The notes beneath the pieces were generated by a model. It was not told where the DNA came from, did not search any database, and worked only from the letters and a program-made list of their open reading frames with translations. Made by a program: the position numbers and the translations under genes. 32,000 nt of DNA from Acinetobacter wanghuae (lineage in GTDB: Bacteria; Pseudomonadota; Gammaproteobacteria; Pseudomonadales; Moraxellaceae), in contig NZ_CP045650.1 of the NCBI RefSeq assembly GCF_009557235.1, positions 2,580,001 to 2,612,000 on the forward strand, written 5' to 3'. This document shows, piece by piece, positions 31,348 to 32,000 of this stretch; the first letter of the stretch is position 1; every line of letters starts with the position of its first letter.

Positions 31348-32000
31348 TTAAACGGCAGCGGCACCACCAACGATCTCAGAAATTTCCTGAGTAATCGCGG
31401 CTTGACGCAGCTTGTTATAAATAAGTTGTAGGCTCTTAATGATCTCGCCCGCATTGTCAGTTGCTGCTTTCATAGCAACCATACGTGCAGACTGCTCACA
31501 CGCGATGTTTTCAATCACGCCTTGATATACACCACAGACTCGATATAGCGAACCAACAAACCATTTAAAAGCTCTTCAGCTTCAGGTTCGTAGATGTAAT
31601 CCCAACCGTATTGACGGTTCAGATTCTCGCCCTCATCAGCCGCAGCCAATGGAACAAGTTGTTCGATCTTTTGATTTTGAGTCATGGCATTGACAAAGCC
31701 ATTTGACACTAGATAAATACGATCTAACTCGCCTTTATCATAAGCGTCTAACATCACCTGTACAGAACCAGATAACTGCTCAAGACTTGGTGTATCACCG
31801 ACTTGCGTCGTTGCACCAAGAACTTTACCGCCGTAGTTTTTAAAAAACGAAACCGCTTTTTGACCAATTAAAGCAAATTGAACTTCAATTGACTGCTCTT
31901 GTTGCTGTTGAACGTGTTTGACCACTTTCTTGAACAAGTTAATGTTCAAACCACCAGCAAGGCCACGATCTGAAGACACAATAATATAGCCAACGCGCTT
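31348..32000 (-). pseudogene. atpG: F1 ATP synthase gamma subunit, reading frame interrupted by a 2-nt insertion near 31525-31526 (5' end outside the window)
   Basis: The upstream frame reads ...SSDRGLAGGLNINLFKK...[11 protein letters not shown] then IKA-stop (TGA at 31515-31517). The +2 frame continues [58 protein letters not shown]-stop (31348-31350), which is the canonical gamma C-terminus. Confidence 0.85.

Overview
This window is a mostly core chromosomal segment of an Acinetobacter-type gammaproteobacterium. That assignment rests on recalled 16S signatures and protein similarity, not on a search. The centre holds a complete minus-strand rRNA operon: two tandem promoters, 16S, tRNA-Ile(GAU), tRNA-Ala(UGC), 23S, 5S and a terminator. 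Upstream in coordinates are a PiT-like transporter (partial), an MdtD-like MFS pump, a membrane-anchored GH25 muramidase, dinB, an MHS-family transporter with a YoaB-like RidA protein, a DUF2726 protein and the radical-SAM gene ygiQ. Downstream are a low-GC two-gene module and a DUF2946/oprC-type TonB-dependent copper receptor cluster. These are followed by the conserved def | LysM-dprA-tsaC block, a DMT transporter, a BtuE-like glutathione peroxidase, an RcnB-like protein and a lipoprotein. The window ends with a pirin, a stand-alone PNKP-like polynucleotide kinase domain, a small secreted protein and the distal end of the atp operon (atpC, atpD, atpG). I found no CRISPR array, IS element, integrase, prophage or recognisable defence, toxin or secretion cluster, and no convincing new multi-gene system. 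The best leads are: (1) a 2-nt frameshift splitting the essential atpG gene; (2) two orphan minus-strand terminator loci that imply unannotated transcripts, a leader or sRNA upstream of the PiT-like gene and a palindrome-dense spacer after the DMT gene; (3) the low-GC module between the rrn promoters and oprC, where two ORFs are in frame across a single TAA; (4) the His-rich DUF2946/oprC cluster with a corrected start codon; (5) the stand-alone PNKP-like kinase. All coordinates were counted by hand, and rRNA ends are approximate to a few nucleotides.
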